Sequence record: SRR2962707_1575
Length of the DNA: 50,028 nucleotides
Reading direction: 5' to 3' (one strand)
The notes below the pieces were generated by a model. That model was not told the DNA's origin, did no database searches, and worked only from the letters and a program-made list of their open reading frames with translations. Shown piece by piece: positions 28,066-37,640 of this stretch (its first letter is position 1; every line of letters starts with the position of its first letter). Position numbers and translations under genes: made by a program.

Positions 28066-29583
28066 ATGTTTGAAAACATTCTCATGGGGTTTGCGACAGC
28101 TTTTACACTGGTGAACCTGTCTTACTGCTTTCTTGGTGTCTTTCTCGGAACATTTATCGGCGTTCTGCCGGGTCTTGGCTCTTTGGCGGCCATCTCGATG
28201 CTGCTGCCGTTGACGTTTTATCTGGAACCGACGACCGCCCTGATTATGCTGGGTGGCATCTACTATGGCGGTGAATATGGCGGGTCTATCGCGTCGATCC
28301 TGCTAAACCTTCCCGGAACGCCTTCGGCTGCGGTCACGTGTCTGGACGGCAACCCAATGGCCAAGCAGGGACGCGCAGGCGTGGCCCTCTTCGTCACCGC
28401 GATTGCTTCTTTTGTCGGTGGGTCTGTTGGCATCGTGGCCCTAATGGCTTTCGGGCCTGCAATCGCTCAACTCGGGCTCAAATTCGGACCGGGCGACTAC
28501 TTTGCCCTGATGTTACTCGGGCTTGTTGCAGCGGTTACCGTAGGTGGTGGGTCGGTAATCAAGGGGCTGATCATGGTTGTTCTGGGTCTGCTGCTGGGCA
28601 CTGTAGGCACCGATGTCACCACCGGAGATTTTCGCTATACCTTTGGCCTGCTTGAGCTTCGTGACGGGGTTAGCCTTGTTGGTATTGCCATGGGTTTATT
28701 TGGAGTCGCCGAAGTTGTCAGCTCTATTAAGGGCTCGAAAACCCGCAAAGTCACCGAAAAAATCTCGGCGCGCAATATGCTGCCGACCCGCGCTGATATG
28801 CGCCGTACCATTGCGCCCATGACGCGTGGTAGCACCATCGGCGGCTTTCTCGGCGCCTTGCCCGGTGCCGGCACGGTCATCGCGGCCTTTCTCGCGTATG
28901 CAACAGAAATTCGGTTCGCCAAAGACAAGTCACGTTTTGGGAAAGGCGCGATCGAAGGCATTGCCGCCCCGGAATCCGCAAATAACGCCGCTGCGCAAAC
29001 CGCCTTTATCCCGACATTGACCATCGGCATTCCAGGAAGTGCGACTATGTCAATTATGCTGGGCGCGTTGATGATCCATGGCATCACACCCGGTCCGTTG
29101 CTGATTACCGATCACCCCACCATTTTCTGGGGTCTGATCGCCAGCTTTTGGATCGGGAACCTGTTCTTGCTGATCCTGAACATCCCGTTGATTGGACTTT
29201 GGGTCCGCGTGCTACAATTCCCTTACAAATACATCTACCCGGTTGTGATCGCCCTTATCTGCATCGGCGTGTTTTCAATGCGGACAAGTGCCTTTGACGT
29301 GAGCCTTGTCGTGATATTTGGCGGGCTTGGCTACCTTTTGCAAAAGGCGGGATATTCCCCTGCTCCGTTGATCCTTGGTTTCGTTCTTGGCCCAATGCTC
29401 GAAGAGAATTTGCGCCGCTCGATGCTTATGGCGCGCGGCGATGCCATGCGGTTGATTTCAGACCCGTTGACGGGAACAATTTTGTCCTTGTCGGCGCTGC
29501 TTCTGGTCTGGGCTTTAGTGGGAGGCATACGTAATCTGGTTGCCGCGCGCAAAACTGACAAGCTGCCATCCGGAGAAGCCTGA
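28066..29583 (+). CDS. tctA: TTT transporter large membrane subunit
   Basis: G.LPGLG, YGGSI.SILLN.PG, DG.PMAKQG, APESANNA, P.L..GIPGS. Confidence 0.94.
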   Translation: MFENILMGFATAFTLVNLSYCFLGVFLGTFIGVLPGLGSLAAISMLLPLTFYLEPTTALIMLGGIYYGGEYGGSIASILLNLPGTPSAAVTCLDGNPMAKQGRAGVALFVTAIASFVGGSVGIVALMAFGPAIAQLGLKFGPGDYFALMLLGLVAAVTVGGGSVIKGLIMVVLGLLLGTVGTDVTTGDFRYTFGLLELRDGVSLVGIAMGLFGVAEVVSSIKGSKTRKVTEKISARNMLPTRADMRRTIAPMTRGSTIGGFLGALPGAGTVIAAFLAYATEIRFAKDKSRFGKGAIEGIAAPESANNAAAQTAFIPTLTIGIPGSATMSIMLGALMIHGITPGPLLITDHPTIFWGLIASFWIGNLFLLILNIPLIGLWVRVLQFPYKYIYPVVIALICIGVFSMRTSAFDVSLVVIFGGLGYLLQKAGYSPAPLILGFVLGPMLEENLRRSMLMARGDAMRLISDPLTGTILSLSALLLVWALVGGIRNLVAARKTDKLPSGEA

Positions 29584-29638
29584 TCGCCTGCGTAACATGG
29601 GTGAAAACGCCATTTTGGCGAAATAATGGGAGTGCACT

Positions 29639-30862
29639 GTGGCTGGATCAATGTCGCATATCAAGGTTCTGGATCTAAGCCGTGTTTTCGCCGGTCCCTG
29701 GGCGGGTCAGATGTTGGCCGATTTTGGCGCTGAAGTCATCAAGGTCGAACATATTTACGGCGATGATGTCAGAAGAATGGGTGTCCCTCATCTGGACGCC
29801 GATGGCGAAAAAACCGGACTGACATCGTCTTTTCTGTCGATGAATCGCGGCAAACGTTCCTTGGCGGTCGACCTGTCCAAACCCGAGGGGCAAAAGATCG
29901 TTGCGGATCTTGCCGCACAGGCTGATGTGCTGATTGAGAACTTTAAGGTCGGCAACATGGCCAAGTTCAATTTGGATTTCGAAACGCTTTCCAAAGTGAA
30001 TCCTAAGCTGGTCTATTGCTCTATTACCGGATTTGGACAAACCGGGTCTCGAGCGCATTTGCCAGGCTACGACCCGATCTTTCAGGCCATGACCGGTGTG
30101 ATGAGCATTACGGGTGTGGCTGACGGTCAACCTGGGGCCGGGCCAAATCTGGTTGGCTATTCGATTTCGGATATTAACGCCGGCTATTATGCGGTGATTG
30201 CCATTTTGGCTGCGCTGAACAACCGGGACGCGGGCGGAGGGTCCGGCCAGCACTTGGATATTTCACTATATGATACCCAGGTGCATGCCGCCTCTCATGT
30301 TGCGATGAACTACCTCTCTAATTCCAGTGTTCCGACCCGCAACGGAACCGCGTCTCAAATCACATGTCCCTGGCAGGTGTTCGATGGTTTAAACAAACCA
30401 ATTATGATTGCTGTTGGCAACGACGCTCAGTTTGTGCGCCTTTGCAAATTGCTGGACTGCGTCGGGGTGTCAGAGGACATCCGGTTTTCCACCAATCTTG
30501 AACGCGTGAACCACAAGGAAATACTTATTCCCCTTCTCGCCGAACGCATTGCCAAATGGCCTGTCGAGGACTTGCAGGAAGCGCTGGAAGCGGTCGGCAT
30601 CGCCGCCGGTCCGATCCTCGGTTTTGACGATGTTTTGCAGAGTCAGCAGTTCAAAGAACGTGGCCTCGGGCGAAAAGTTCAACATCCGCGTGTCGGGGAA
30701 CTGGATGTGATCGCCAACCCTATTGTTTTCTCAGAAACCCCAAACGTATATGACAAAGCCCCGCCAGAGCTTGGGGCCGATACTGAGTGGGTCTTGTCGC
30801 AACAACTGGGCCTGACAGACGAAGATATCGCGACCCTCAAGGCGCAGAAAATCGTCGTTTAA
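29639..30862 (+). CDS. class III CoA-transferase (CaiB/BaiF)
   Basis: VLDLSRV.AGP, GAEVIKVE, NRGKRS, ENFK, SITGFGQTG, GYD, conserved Asp in ISD; start may be ATG 29651. Confidence 0.92.
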   Translation: MAGSMSHIKVLDLSRVFAGPWAGQMLADFGAEVIKVEHIYGDDVRRMGVPHLDADGEKTGLTSSFLSMNRGKRSLAVDLSKPEGQKIVADLAAQADVLIENFKVGNMAKFNLDFETLSKVNPKLVYCSITGFGQTGSRAHLPGYDPIFQAMTGVMSITGVADGQPGAGPNLVGYSISDINAGYYAVIAILAALNNRDAGGGSGQHLDISLYDTQVHAASHVAMNYLSNSSVPTRNGTASQITCPWQVFDGLNKPIMIAVGNDAQFVRLCKLLDCVGVSEDIRFSTNLERVNHKEILIPLLAERIAKWPVEDLQEALEAVGIAAGPILGFDDVLQSQQFKERGLGRKVQHPRVGELDVIANPIVFSETPNVYDKAPPELGADTEWVLSQQLGLTDEDIATLKAQKIVV

Positions 30863-30871
30863 TGCCGCAGC

Positions 30872-30964
30872 GCGTATCCTCACATCAAAGTACCGGTGGG
30901 GGCATTTTCCAGCGACAATCGTCGTCAACAGTTCAATATGCACCTCATTCTGTACGCTTATGAA
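30872..30964 (-). pseudogene. possible degraded LysR substrate-binding-domain fragment
   Basis: Reads FISVQNEVHIELLTTIVAGKCPHRYFDVRIR, with the same F..(26)..D.xxR spacing as the intact LysR at 34771; short and unverified. Confidence 0.25.
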
Positions 30965-31043
30965 CTGCTGCCGCCCCGTAAAGGGGTGATTTTTACGTGA
31001 CCTCGACTTTGCAGAAATGGACTAAGCGGCCGGGTAACTTCTT

Positions 31044-31652
31044 TCAGTCCTTCAAAACCGGGCGATGCATTTCAAAAACATCATCGACGATTGCATAATC
31101 CATATATCCCAGCCGGGCCAATGGGCGCAGACGTTTCACATCGACGATACCATCAACAATAACGTCGTCCGATATATGAATGCCGACGACTTCCCCAAAC
31201 ATGACCTCAGACACCGCCTTCGTCCCGTCTCGGGCGGTCAAAGCGACGACTTTATTGAGCACGCATTCTAAAGCGACCGGCGAAGCCGCAACCCGTGGCG
31301 CCGAGACATTGCGACACTCGGCCTTCTTCAAGCCAGCAAGATCAAATTCGTCAACTCCGGCGGCCACTGGTGCCGACGAAAGGTTAAGTGCATCACGTAG
31401 CTCCGCCACAGCCATGTTCACAACAAATTCGCCGGTTTCTTCGATATTCGTCTGACTGTCTTTGCGACCCGCAGATGAGAACATCACAAAGGGTGGTCGT
31501 CCTGAAACCGCGTTGAAAAAGCTATAGGGTGCGAGGTTCGCGGTGCCATCCTTTGACAGGCTGGAGATCCAACCAATTGGACGTGGCGCAACCAATGCAT
31601 TGAAAGGATTATGGGCCAAACCATGGGTTTCGGATCTGGGATCGTAAAACAT
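31044..31652 (-). CDS. flavin reductase-like FMN-binding protein
   Basis: PRPIGWIS, NLAPYSFFN, KDS..NIE.TGEFVVN, LARLG..Y; AAGGAAGG RBS. Confidence 0.9.
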   Translation of the reverse strand: MFYDPRSETHGLAHNPFNALVAPRPIGWISSLSKDGTANLAPYSFFNAVSGRPPFVMFSSAGRKDSQTNIEETGEFVVNMAVAELRDALNLSSAPVAAGVDEFDLAGLKKAECRNVSAPRVAASPVALECVLNKVVALTARDGTKAVSEVMFGEVVGIHISDDVIVDGIVDVKRLRPLARLGYMDYAIVDDVFEMHRPVLKD

Positions 31653-31740
31653 TCTGCGCAACCTTCCTTAAATTAACCCTATTAAACTATGTTTATATCT
31701 TTAATACTGCTTTGCAACGAAGATTGCCTTGGAGGCCGAC

Positions 31741-32199
31741 ATGCTAACCCTCGAAACCCCTCAGGCATTTTCACAGTACACCGGCCAAACGCTTGGACCA
31801 ACGGATTGGCGCAGCATCTCACAGAGCGAAATTTCCAGCTTTGCCGATCTGACCGGGGATGATCACTGGATTCACGTCGATCAGGCGCGCGCGGCAAGAG
31901 AGAACCCGGGCGGACGCACCATCGTTCATGGCCTGTATGTCCTATCGTTGATCCCTAAATGGCAGCGTCAGCTTTTCCAGATCAAGCGGCGCGGCGCTGG
32001 TCTGCTATATGGCTCTGACAAGGTCCGTTTCATTCGCCCCATAACTGTCGGCAGCCCTATCAGATTAAGTCAGGTGATCACCGATGTCGCCCCTCATAAA
32101 AAGGGCACACGGATTGCACTGAGGTCGGTGATCGAAACCGAAAAACCCGAATGCGTCGCCTTGGTCGCAAACAACATTCTTCTAATTGCTGACGCATAG
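31741..32199 (+). CDS. MaoC-family (R)-specific hydratase/dehydratase
   Basis: FADLTGDDHWIHVD hydratase-2 motif, TIVHG, YG.DKVRF..P; GGAGG RBS. Confidence 0.9.
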   Translation: MLTLETPQAFSQYTGQTLGPTDWRSISQSEISSFADLTGDDHWIHVDQARAARENPGGRTIVHGLYVLSLIPKWQRQLFQIKRRGAGLLYGSDKVRFIRPITVGSPIRLSQVITDVAPHKKGTRIALRSVIETEKPECVALVANNILLIADA

Positions 32200-32232
32200 A
32201 ATACGACAATTGACCATGTAAGGACGGACGTT

Positions 32233-33321
32233 TTGACGATGGGAACTGATGAAAGCACCGAAAATATCCGAATGCTCATCGAAAGTGCGGGCGCTGTTGT
32301 TCCCGTTGATGGAGCGCTCACTCGGGTTCGGGCTGCGCGCCACCAAGGCCCCGGTTTTGAGCAAGAGATTTGGACAACCATTGCCGAAATGGGTTGGCTG
32401 GCCTTACTGTCCGACGAAGACGCAGGCGGTCTTGGTCTTGGCATGCGCGAAGCCACGGCGCTTTGTTCGGAATTGGGGCGTGGGTTGGTACCTGAACCCG
32501 TAATCTCTGCCCTATTCGCAATTCGCTTGATGGAACACGCAGGCGCATTGCCAGAAGACGCATTAACCGGCGAAACCGTCATGCTCGCCGCTTGGCAGGC
32601 ATCTCCGATAAAATTGAATGCCACAAAAGGTGTGATGGTTCAGGACAGCGCTCTATTTGGTACAAAAGTGGCTGTCGATGGGGGTATGGGGGCGGATCAG
32701 TTTGTTGTAACCACGGATCATGGGGTCGCGCTGGTGCCAACAGAGGCTGCCGGCATGACGATCAAACCACAACAAATGCATGACGGTACGGTTTGCGCTG
32801 AGATTGATTTTCAAGACGTGCACGCCGACATTTTACCCTGTCCCGGGATACAAGATGCCCTCGACGAAGCTGTGTTGATGCACGCAGGGTACCTTCTTGG
32901 TGTCTCAGAACGCGCTTTTGAAATCACTCTGGATTACCTGCGCGTCCGTCAGCAATTTGATGTCGCAATTGGCCGCTTTCAAGCGTTGCAGCACCGGGCG
33001 ACCGAAATCAAAGTTCAATTGGAACTGGCCCGAGCCGCCATCGCCGCCGCGGCCGCTGCCGTGGACCTAGAGAAAGAAAAAGTGACGACCCGAATGGCCA
33101 TTTTACGCTCCCGCCACCGCGCGGGCAGCCTCGCCCGCCTCGTTGCCCGTGAAGCAATCCAAATGCATGGGGCCATTGGGTATACGGATGAGGCTGACAT
33201 CGGTCTATTTGCCCGCAAGGCCATGGTGGCCGCCGGGCAATTTGGCGTAGAATCCGAGCTGCGTTCCACTTATATGGCGCTGCACGATGCTGCACCCAAA
33301 AATGCAAAGGTGACCGCATGA
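32233..33321 (+). CDS. acyl-CoA dehydrogenase, short (beta-type) subunit
   Basis: GGLGLG, YL..R.QF...IG.FQALQH, AIQMHGAIGYT.E; start TTG 32233 or ATG 32239. Confidence 0.88.
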   Translation: MTMGTDESTENIRMLIESAGAVVPVDGALTRVRAARHQGPGFEQEIWTTIAEMGWLALLSDEDAGGLGLGMREATALCSELGRGLVPEPVISALFAIRLMEHAGALPEDALTGETVMLAAWQASPIKLNATKGVMVQDSALFGTKVAVDGGMGADQFVVTTDHGVALVPTEAAGMTIKPQQMHDGTVCAEIDFQDVHADILPCPGIQDALDEAVLMHAGYLLGVSERAFEITLDYLRVRQQFDVAIGRFQALQHRATEIKVQLELARAAIAAAAAAVDLEKEKVTTRMAILRSRHRAGSLARLVAREAIQMHGAIGYTDEADIGLFARKAMVAAGQFGVESELRSTYMALHDAAPKNAKVTA

Positions 33322-34502
33322 CGATTTCTCCACCATTTGTTGCCGATCACCCAGCTCATCCCGATTTCAACGCCCTGTCAGATGACACCTTCCGTTGCAT
33401 CGTCCAGGCGTTTGTAACCCAACACTATCCAGAAATTCCGCGTTTCGCGCAGCGTCGTTTGCGCTGGCCTGAAGTGAAACCTTGGTACGCCATTTTAGCC
33501 CAACACGGCTGGATTGCCCCGACCTGGCCGCAATCCCTTGGCGGCATGGGATTAGAGGCGGCAAAGCATTTGATCCTTATCGAAGAATTTGAACGGCATG
33601 GCTGTGCGCGAGTTCATGACATTGGCACCGTCATGTTGGGACCGTTGCTCATGCAATACGGCACGCAAGCGCAACAGGACCACTATCTGCCACGCATTCT
33701 GCGAGGCGAAGACATCTGGGCTCAGGGCTATAGTGAACCAGGCGCGGGATCAGACCTTGCCGCCCTGCGCACCGAAGCTATTCGGGATGGTGACTCTTGG
33801 CGCATTACGGGACAAAAAACATGGATCACCCTTGGCGCAGATGCCAATATGATCTTTGTCTTGGCGCGGACAAATAAAACAGTGCGCAAGCAGGCAGGCA
33901 TCAGTTTTTTGATTGTCCCGATGGATGCTGAAGGTGTGACGCTCCGCCCGATCGAGAACCTTGAAGGCCACGCAGAGTTTTGCGAGATCTTTTTTGATAA
34001 TGTTCAGATTCCAGTGGGCAACATTGTTGGCGACGTGGATCAGGGCTGGACAATGGCAAAGGCCCTTTTGGGGCACGAACGGGTCTTTATTGGTGCACCA
34101 CGATTGTCTGCTAATGCAATCGCGCGGCTTGAGTCAACAGCGCGGAAAAACGGCCTTTGGGACGATCCCGCATTTCGCGACAGATTCGCGGTTTTGTCGA
34201 TGGATCTTGCCGACTTAACCGATCTGTTTGAAACCTATGTCCAACGCCTGAGCGACGGAGCCACGATTGGGGCGGATGTCGGAATGCTCAAAATATTTCA
34301 AAGCGAACTGTACCAGCGTATCTCTGAAGAAATGATGATGATCAGCGGAAGTCTGGCAGGACTAAAGATTGCGGACGACGGTGACCGGCAACACGACGCC
34401 TCAGGCACCTACCTTGCGGCGCGTCCCACCACAATCTTTGGCGGCTCGACAGAGGTGATGCGCAATGTTTTGGCACGAGGTAGCCTGAACCTGCCCAAGT
34501 AA
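33318..34502 (+). CDS. acyl-CoA dehydrogenase, catalytic (alpha-type) subunit
   Basis: WAQGYSEPGAGSDLA, GQKTW, GW..A..LL.HER, TIFGGSTEV; ATGA overlap with the previous ACAD. Confidence 0.92.
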   Translation: MTISPPFVADHPAHPDFNALSDDTFRCIVQAFVTQHYPEIPRFAQRRLRWPEVKPWYAILAQHGWIAPTWPQSLGGMGLEAAKHLILIEEFERHGCARVHDIGTVMLGPLLMQYGTQAQQDHYLPRILRGEDIWAQGYSEPGAGSDLAALRTEAIRDGDSWRITGQKTWITLGADANMIFVLARTNKTVRKQAGISFLIVPMDAEGVTLRPIENLEGHAEFCEIFFDNVQIPVGNIVGDVDQGWTMAKALLGHERVFIGAPRLSANAIARLESTARKNGLWDDPAFRDRFAVLSMDLADLTDLFETYVQRLSDGATIGADVGMLKIFQSELYQRISEEMMMISGSLAGLKIADDGDRQHDASGTYLAARPTTIFGGSTEVMRNVLARGSLNLPK

Positions 34503-34511
34503 ATCCAACAG

Positions 34512-34535
34512 GTGCTGAGTGTTCTTGCTCAGCAC
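34512..34535 (+). terminator. hairpin after the ACAD pair
   Basis: GTGCTGAG/CTCAGCAC 8-bp stem; weak T tail. Confidence 0.4.
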
Positions 34536-34770
34536 GTTCGGAACGGCGCCCGTCACCTACCGCTTTCCCCAGTTGCGCAAACGTCTGGTCCAAGTTCTGT
34601 GGCTGGTTTGAAGCTCTTTCCGGGGTGCTGCCCTCAAATATCGCAATTGATACTCAGGAACGGCAGCGCTCTTCCTGATGTGACACAAGGACCGCAGCGA
34701 CCTTGCCATTGATATAACATTCCTAGAGAATGAGTGAGAATTTTAATCATCTACGAAGTAGGGCTTTAGA

Positions 34771-35649
34771 ATGGATCTCCTCGTTGCGATGCAAAGCTTT
34801 GTTGCTGTGGTGCAAGAAGGTTCGATGAACGCTGCCGCACGCAAGCTTGGTGTCTCGGGTGCGCTGGTGGGACAGCGGGTTGCGGCGCTGGAAACACGGC
34901 TCGACACCCGCTTGCTTAGTCGCACAACACGCCACCAATCCCTGACAGATTTTGGCGCAACTTATTTCCAGCAGTCTTTGGACATCCTCGAAATGGTCGC
35001 CATGTCCGAAGGTCAGGCAGCTGCACAGCAAACAACCCCGCAAGGGAAATTGCGGATCACAGCACCAGTCAGCTTTGGCAGCGAAGCCCTTATGCCCGCT
35101 TTACAGAAATTCACCGAACTGGCCCCCAACGTTGAGCTGGACATCAATCTTTCAGACCAGAATCTGGAATTCGTTTCAGAAGGCGTTGATGCGGCTTTTC
35201 GCGTTGGCACATTAGAAGACAGCGCCTTGGTGCGCAGACGTCTGGCACCCTACCGCATGATGGTCTGCGCCGCGCCGGCCTATCTTGCGACATATGGCAC
35301 GCCCTTGCATCCGGGCGACCTTAGCACTCATAAGGCCGTCGGTTTTGCCCGAAGTGCCCTGCGCCCTTGGCGTTTCACCCAACACGCAACGACCCACGTT
35401 TGGACGCCCAAGACCTCAATCGTTGTGAATTCAGGCCAAGCGTTGCGCGTCGCCGCCTGTGCAGGGCTTGGGGTGGTCATGCAGCCCAAAGTTCTGCTGG
35501 CACAAGATGTCCGCGCCGGAAAACTGGTGCAGCTGTTCGAAGAATGGACCGTGCCAGAGCCACCAATGGCCCTGCTCTATCACCGGGACCGCCACATGCC
35601 GCTTCGGCTTTCTGCGTTTATCGAATTTGCCCTGAGGGAATTCGCCTAA
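34771..35649 (+). CDS. LysR-family transcriptional regulator (CrgA/DmlR-like)
   Basis: MD....M..F..VV..GS...AA, LE.RL..RLL.RTTR...LT, G.LRITAP. Confidence 0.93.
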   Translation: MDLLVAMQSFVAVVQEGSMNAAARKLGVSGALVGQRVAALETRLDTRLLSRTTRHQSLTDFGATYFQQSLDILEMVAMSEGQAAAQQTTPQGKLRITAPVSFGSEALMPALQKFTELAPNVELDINLSDQNLEFVSEGVDAAFRVGTLEDSALVRRRLAPYRMMVCAAPAYLATYGTPLHPGDLSTHKAVGFARSALRPWRFTQHATTHVWTPKTSIVVNSGQALRVAACAGLGVVMQPKVLLAQDVRAGKLVQLFEEWTVPEPPMALLYHRDRHMPLRLSAFIEFALREFA

Positions 35650-35773
35650 AAGCGGCAAATCCGCGCCTCTGAAGGCGCACACATAAATGAATCGGTTCTC
35701 CCCAGCCAAGCGTCTTCCAGACGCCAATCGGATCTGCACAGCCCCACGCCACAGACGCAGAGCTGAACCACAT

Positions 35774-36571
35774 TTAGACAAGCGTGGCGTCGACCCATTT
35801 TTTGATATCCAGCGCCACTTGCTCTGGATGTTCATCGGGCAATGCATGGCTGGCATCATCGACCGTGACCAAGGTGACGCGCCCCGGAAATTCGCGCACA
35901 TAAAAATCGCGGGCATCACTTGGGCGGAATGGATCCTGTAACCCAACCAGATCCAAAATCGGCGCGCTCCCACTGCCCCACCAGCTATCCCGCTCCGTCC
36001 GGGTCCGGGCAGATCGTTGCGTGTGAACCAAGTCTCCGTCCCACCCGGTCAGATAGGGTCGAGGGTCATTTCCGGGTGCAAAAAAGGCCATTTGCAAGGC
36101 CGCCAAACGATCCGCCTCTGACTCATCCGGGGACATGGCAAGGTTAATCGCTTCCGAAAGCTCTTTTGGCCAGCTTCCCCCGCCCGCCGCAATTAGAACC
36201 AAACCGTCGATCAAATCCGGCCTGTCTTGTGTCAAGGTTCTGGCGATCCAACAACCATAGGCGTGCCCCGCAACAAGACATCCATTTGGCCGGGGTTCGG
36301 CTTCTATCACGGCTGCGGCATCGGAGGCCAGATCATGAAAATCGATGTCCTTTGTCGGTCCTACAGAAGTTTCTCCCCCCCGTGGCCAAGGTAAAAGCAC
36401 CCGCATGCCTGCCTGCGCCAAAGCCTCGGCCAGCTCTTCAAAATCGTCTGGCCCGCGTCCGGTTGAAGCAATCAAGCATATCGATGGGCCGGTAAAAATG
36501 GCAGGCTCAACCACGGCATATGTGATCCGGGCCTGGCCGTTTTCTATTTGTTTGATGGTCTCGAATGACAT
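35774..36571 (-). CDS. alpha/beta-hydrolase-fold protein lacking the nucleophile Ser (GHAYG)
   Basis: PRG.., D...LA.D, GHAYG elbow, G.QD, ASHAL..E.P. Confidence 0.82.
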   Translation of the reverse strand: MSFETIKQIENGQARITYAVVEPAIFTGPSICLIASTGRGPDDFEELAEALAQAGMRVLLPWPRGGETSVGPTKDIDFHDLASDAAAVIEAEPRPNGCLVAGHAYGCWIARTLTQDRPDLIDGLVLIAAGGGSWPKELSEAINLAMSPDESEADRLAALQMAFFAPGNDPRPYLTGWDGDLVHTQRSARTRTERDSWWGSGSAPILDLVGLQDPFRPSDARDFYVREFPGRVTLVTVDDASHALPDEHPEQVALDIKKWVDATLV

Positions 36572-36611
36572 CTCTGCCCCTGTTCGCTTTTCGGTGAAGG
36601 ATTAAAAGTGC

Positions 36612-37574
36612 TTACGTGAGCACGCGACGTGGATCGCCATCAAGCCACCCAGAGACGCCATCCACAACGCCCCGAAAATAGACCTGATAGTTTTCTTGAG
36701 TGACATAGCCGATGTGGGGCGTTGCCAGAACATTCGGTAAGCAGCGAAACGGATGCTCTTTGGGCAAAGGCTCTTGATCAAAGACATCCAGAACGGCCCC
36801 GGCTTTCGGGTTTTCCGTCAGCCGTCGGATCAGTGCATTTTGGTCCACCAACGGCCCCCGAGCCGTGTTCACCAACACCGCGTCTGACCGCATTGCTCCA
36901 AGCATTTCAGCGGTTACAAACCCCTGTGTCGCTTCTGTCAGAGCAAGCTGAATTGTCACGACATCGCTCGTTTCAAACAAGGTCTCGAGAGATACAGACC
37001 GGATACCAAGCTCAGCTGTTCGCGCTTCTGCATCGGTCCGGGTCCACCCGCAAACATCCATGCCGAAAGCTAGACCATAGCGGGCCATGCGCGTGCCTTG
37101 GCGCCCCAGCCCAACAATGCCAAGCCGCCGCCCTTCCAGACTTCGGCCAAGCCCGATTTGCCATGGGCCACCATCACGCAGGTTGGCCAGCTCTTCTGGA
37201 ATGTTTCGCATAAAGGCCAACAGCCCAGCCCAGGCAAGTTCCGCAGCCGCCCCCCGGCCGTATTGCGTGCCGCAGACAGTAATCCCCAGCTCTTTGGCTG
37301 TCACAAGATCAATACTGCGATTGCGCATGCCAGTTGTGATCAAAAGCTTCAGGTTCGGAAGTCGGCGCAACAACGTTTCGGGAAATGGTGTCCGCTCGCG
37401 CATAGCAACGATGATTGTACAGTCGAAAAGCGCGTCAACGAGGCTGTCTTCGTCGCCCAAATGTGTCTCGAAACGGCGGAGTTCAACACGGCCATTCAAC
37501 CCGGACCAATCCGCACATACATCCGCGACTTTCTGGTAATCGTCTAGCACGGCACAGATGGGCAGGTCTGACAT
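36612..37574 (-). CDS. D-isomer-specific 2-hydroxyacid dehydrogenase (PGDH-like subgroup)
   Basis: LDDYQ, MRERTPF, TTGMRN.SID, GLGRQG, NTARG, DVFDQEP, TPHIGY. Confidence 0.9.
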   Translation of the reverse strand: MSDLPICAVLDDYQKVADVCADWSGLNGRVELRRFETHLGDEDSLVDALFDCTIIVAMRERTPFPETLLRRLPNLKLLITTGMRNRSIDLVTAKELGITVCGTQYGRGAAAELAWAGLLAFMRNIPEELANLRDGGPWQIGLGRSLEGRRLGIVGLGRQGTRMARYGLAFGMDVCGWTRTDAEARTAELGIRSVSLETLFETSDVVTIQLALTEATQGFVTAEMLGAMRSDAVLVNTARGPLVDQNALIRRLTENPKAGAVLDVFDQEPLPKEHPFRCLPNVLATPHIGYVTQENYQVYFRGVVDGVSGWLDGDPRRVLT

Positions 37575-37598
37575 GGCAAGGGTTACCCTTAGAACACG

Positions 37599-37631
37599 AA
37601 AAAGCCGACCGCGCCTTTTGGCACGGTCGGC
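37599..37631 (-). terminator. intrinsic terminator/hairpin after tctC (minus strand)
   Basis: Minus strand GCCGACCGTGCC-aaaa-GGCGCGGTCGGC then TTTTT; the single mismatch is a U-G pair only in the minus-strand RNA. Confidence 0.75.
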
Positions 37632-37640
37632 ATAGTCTAC

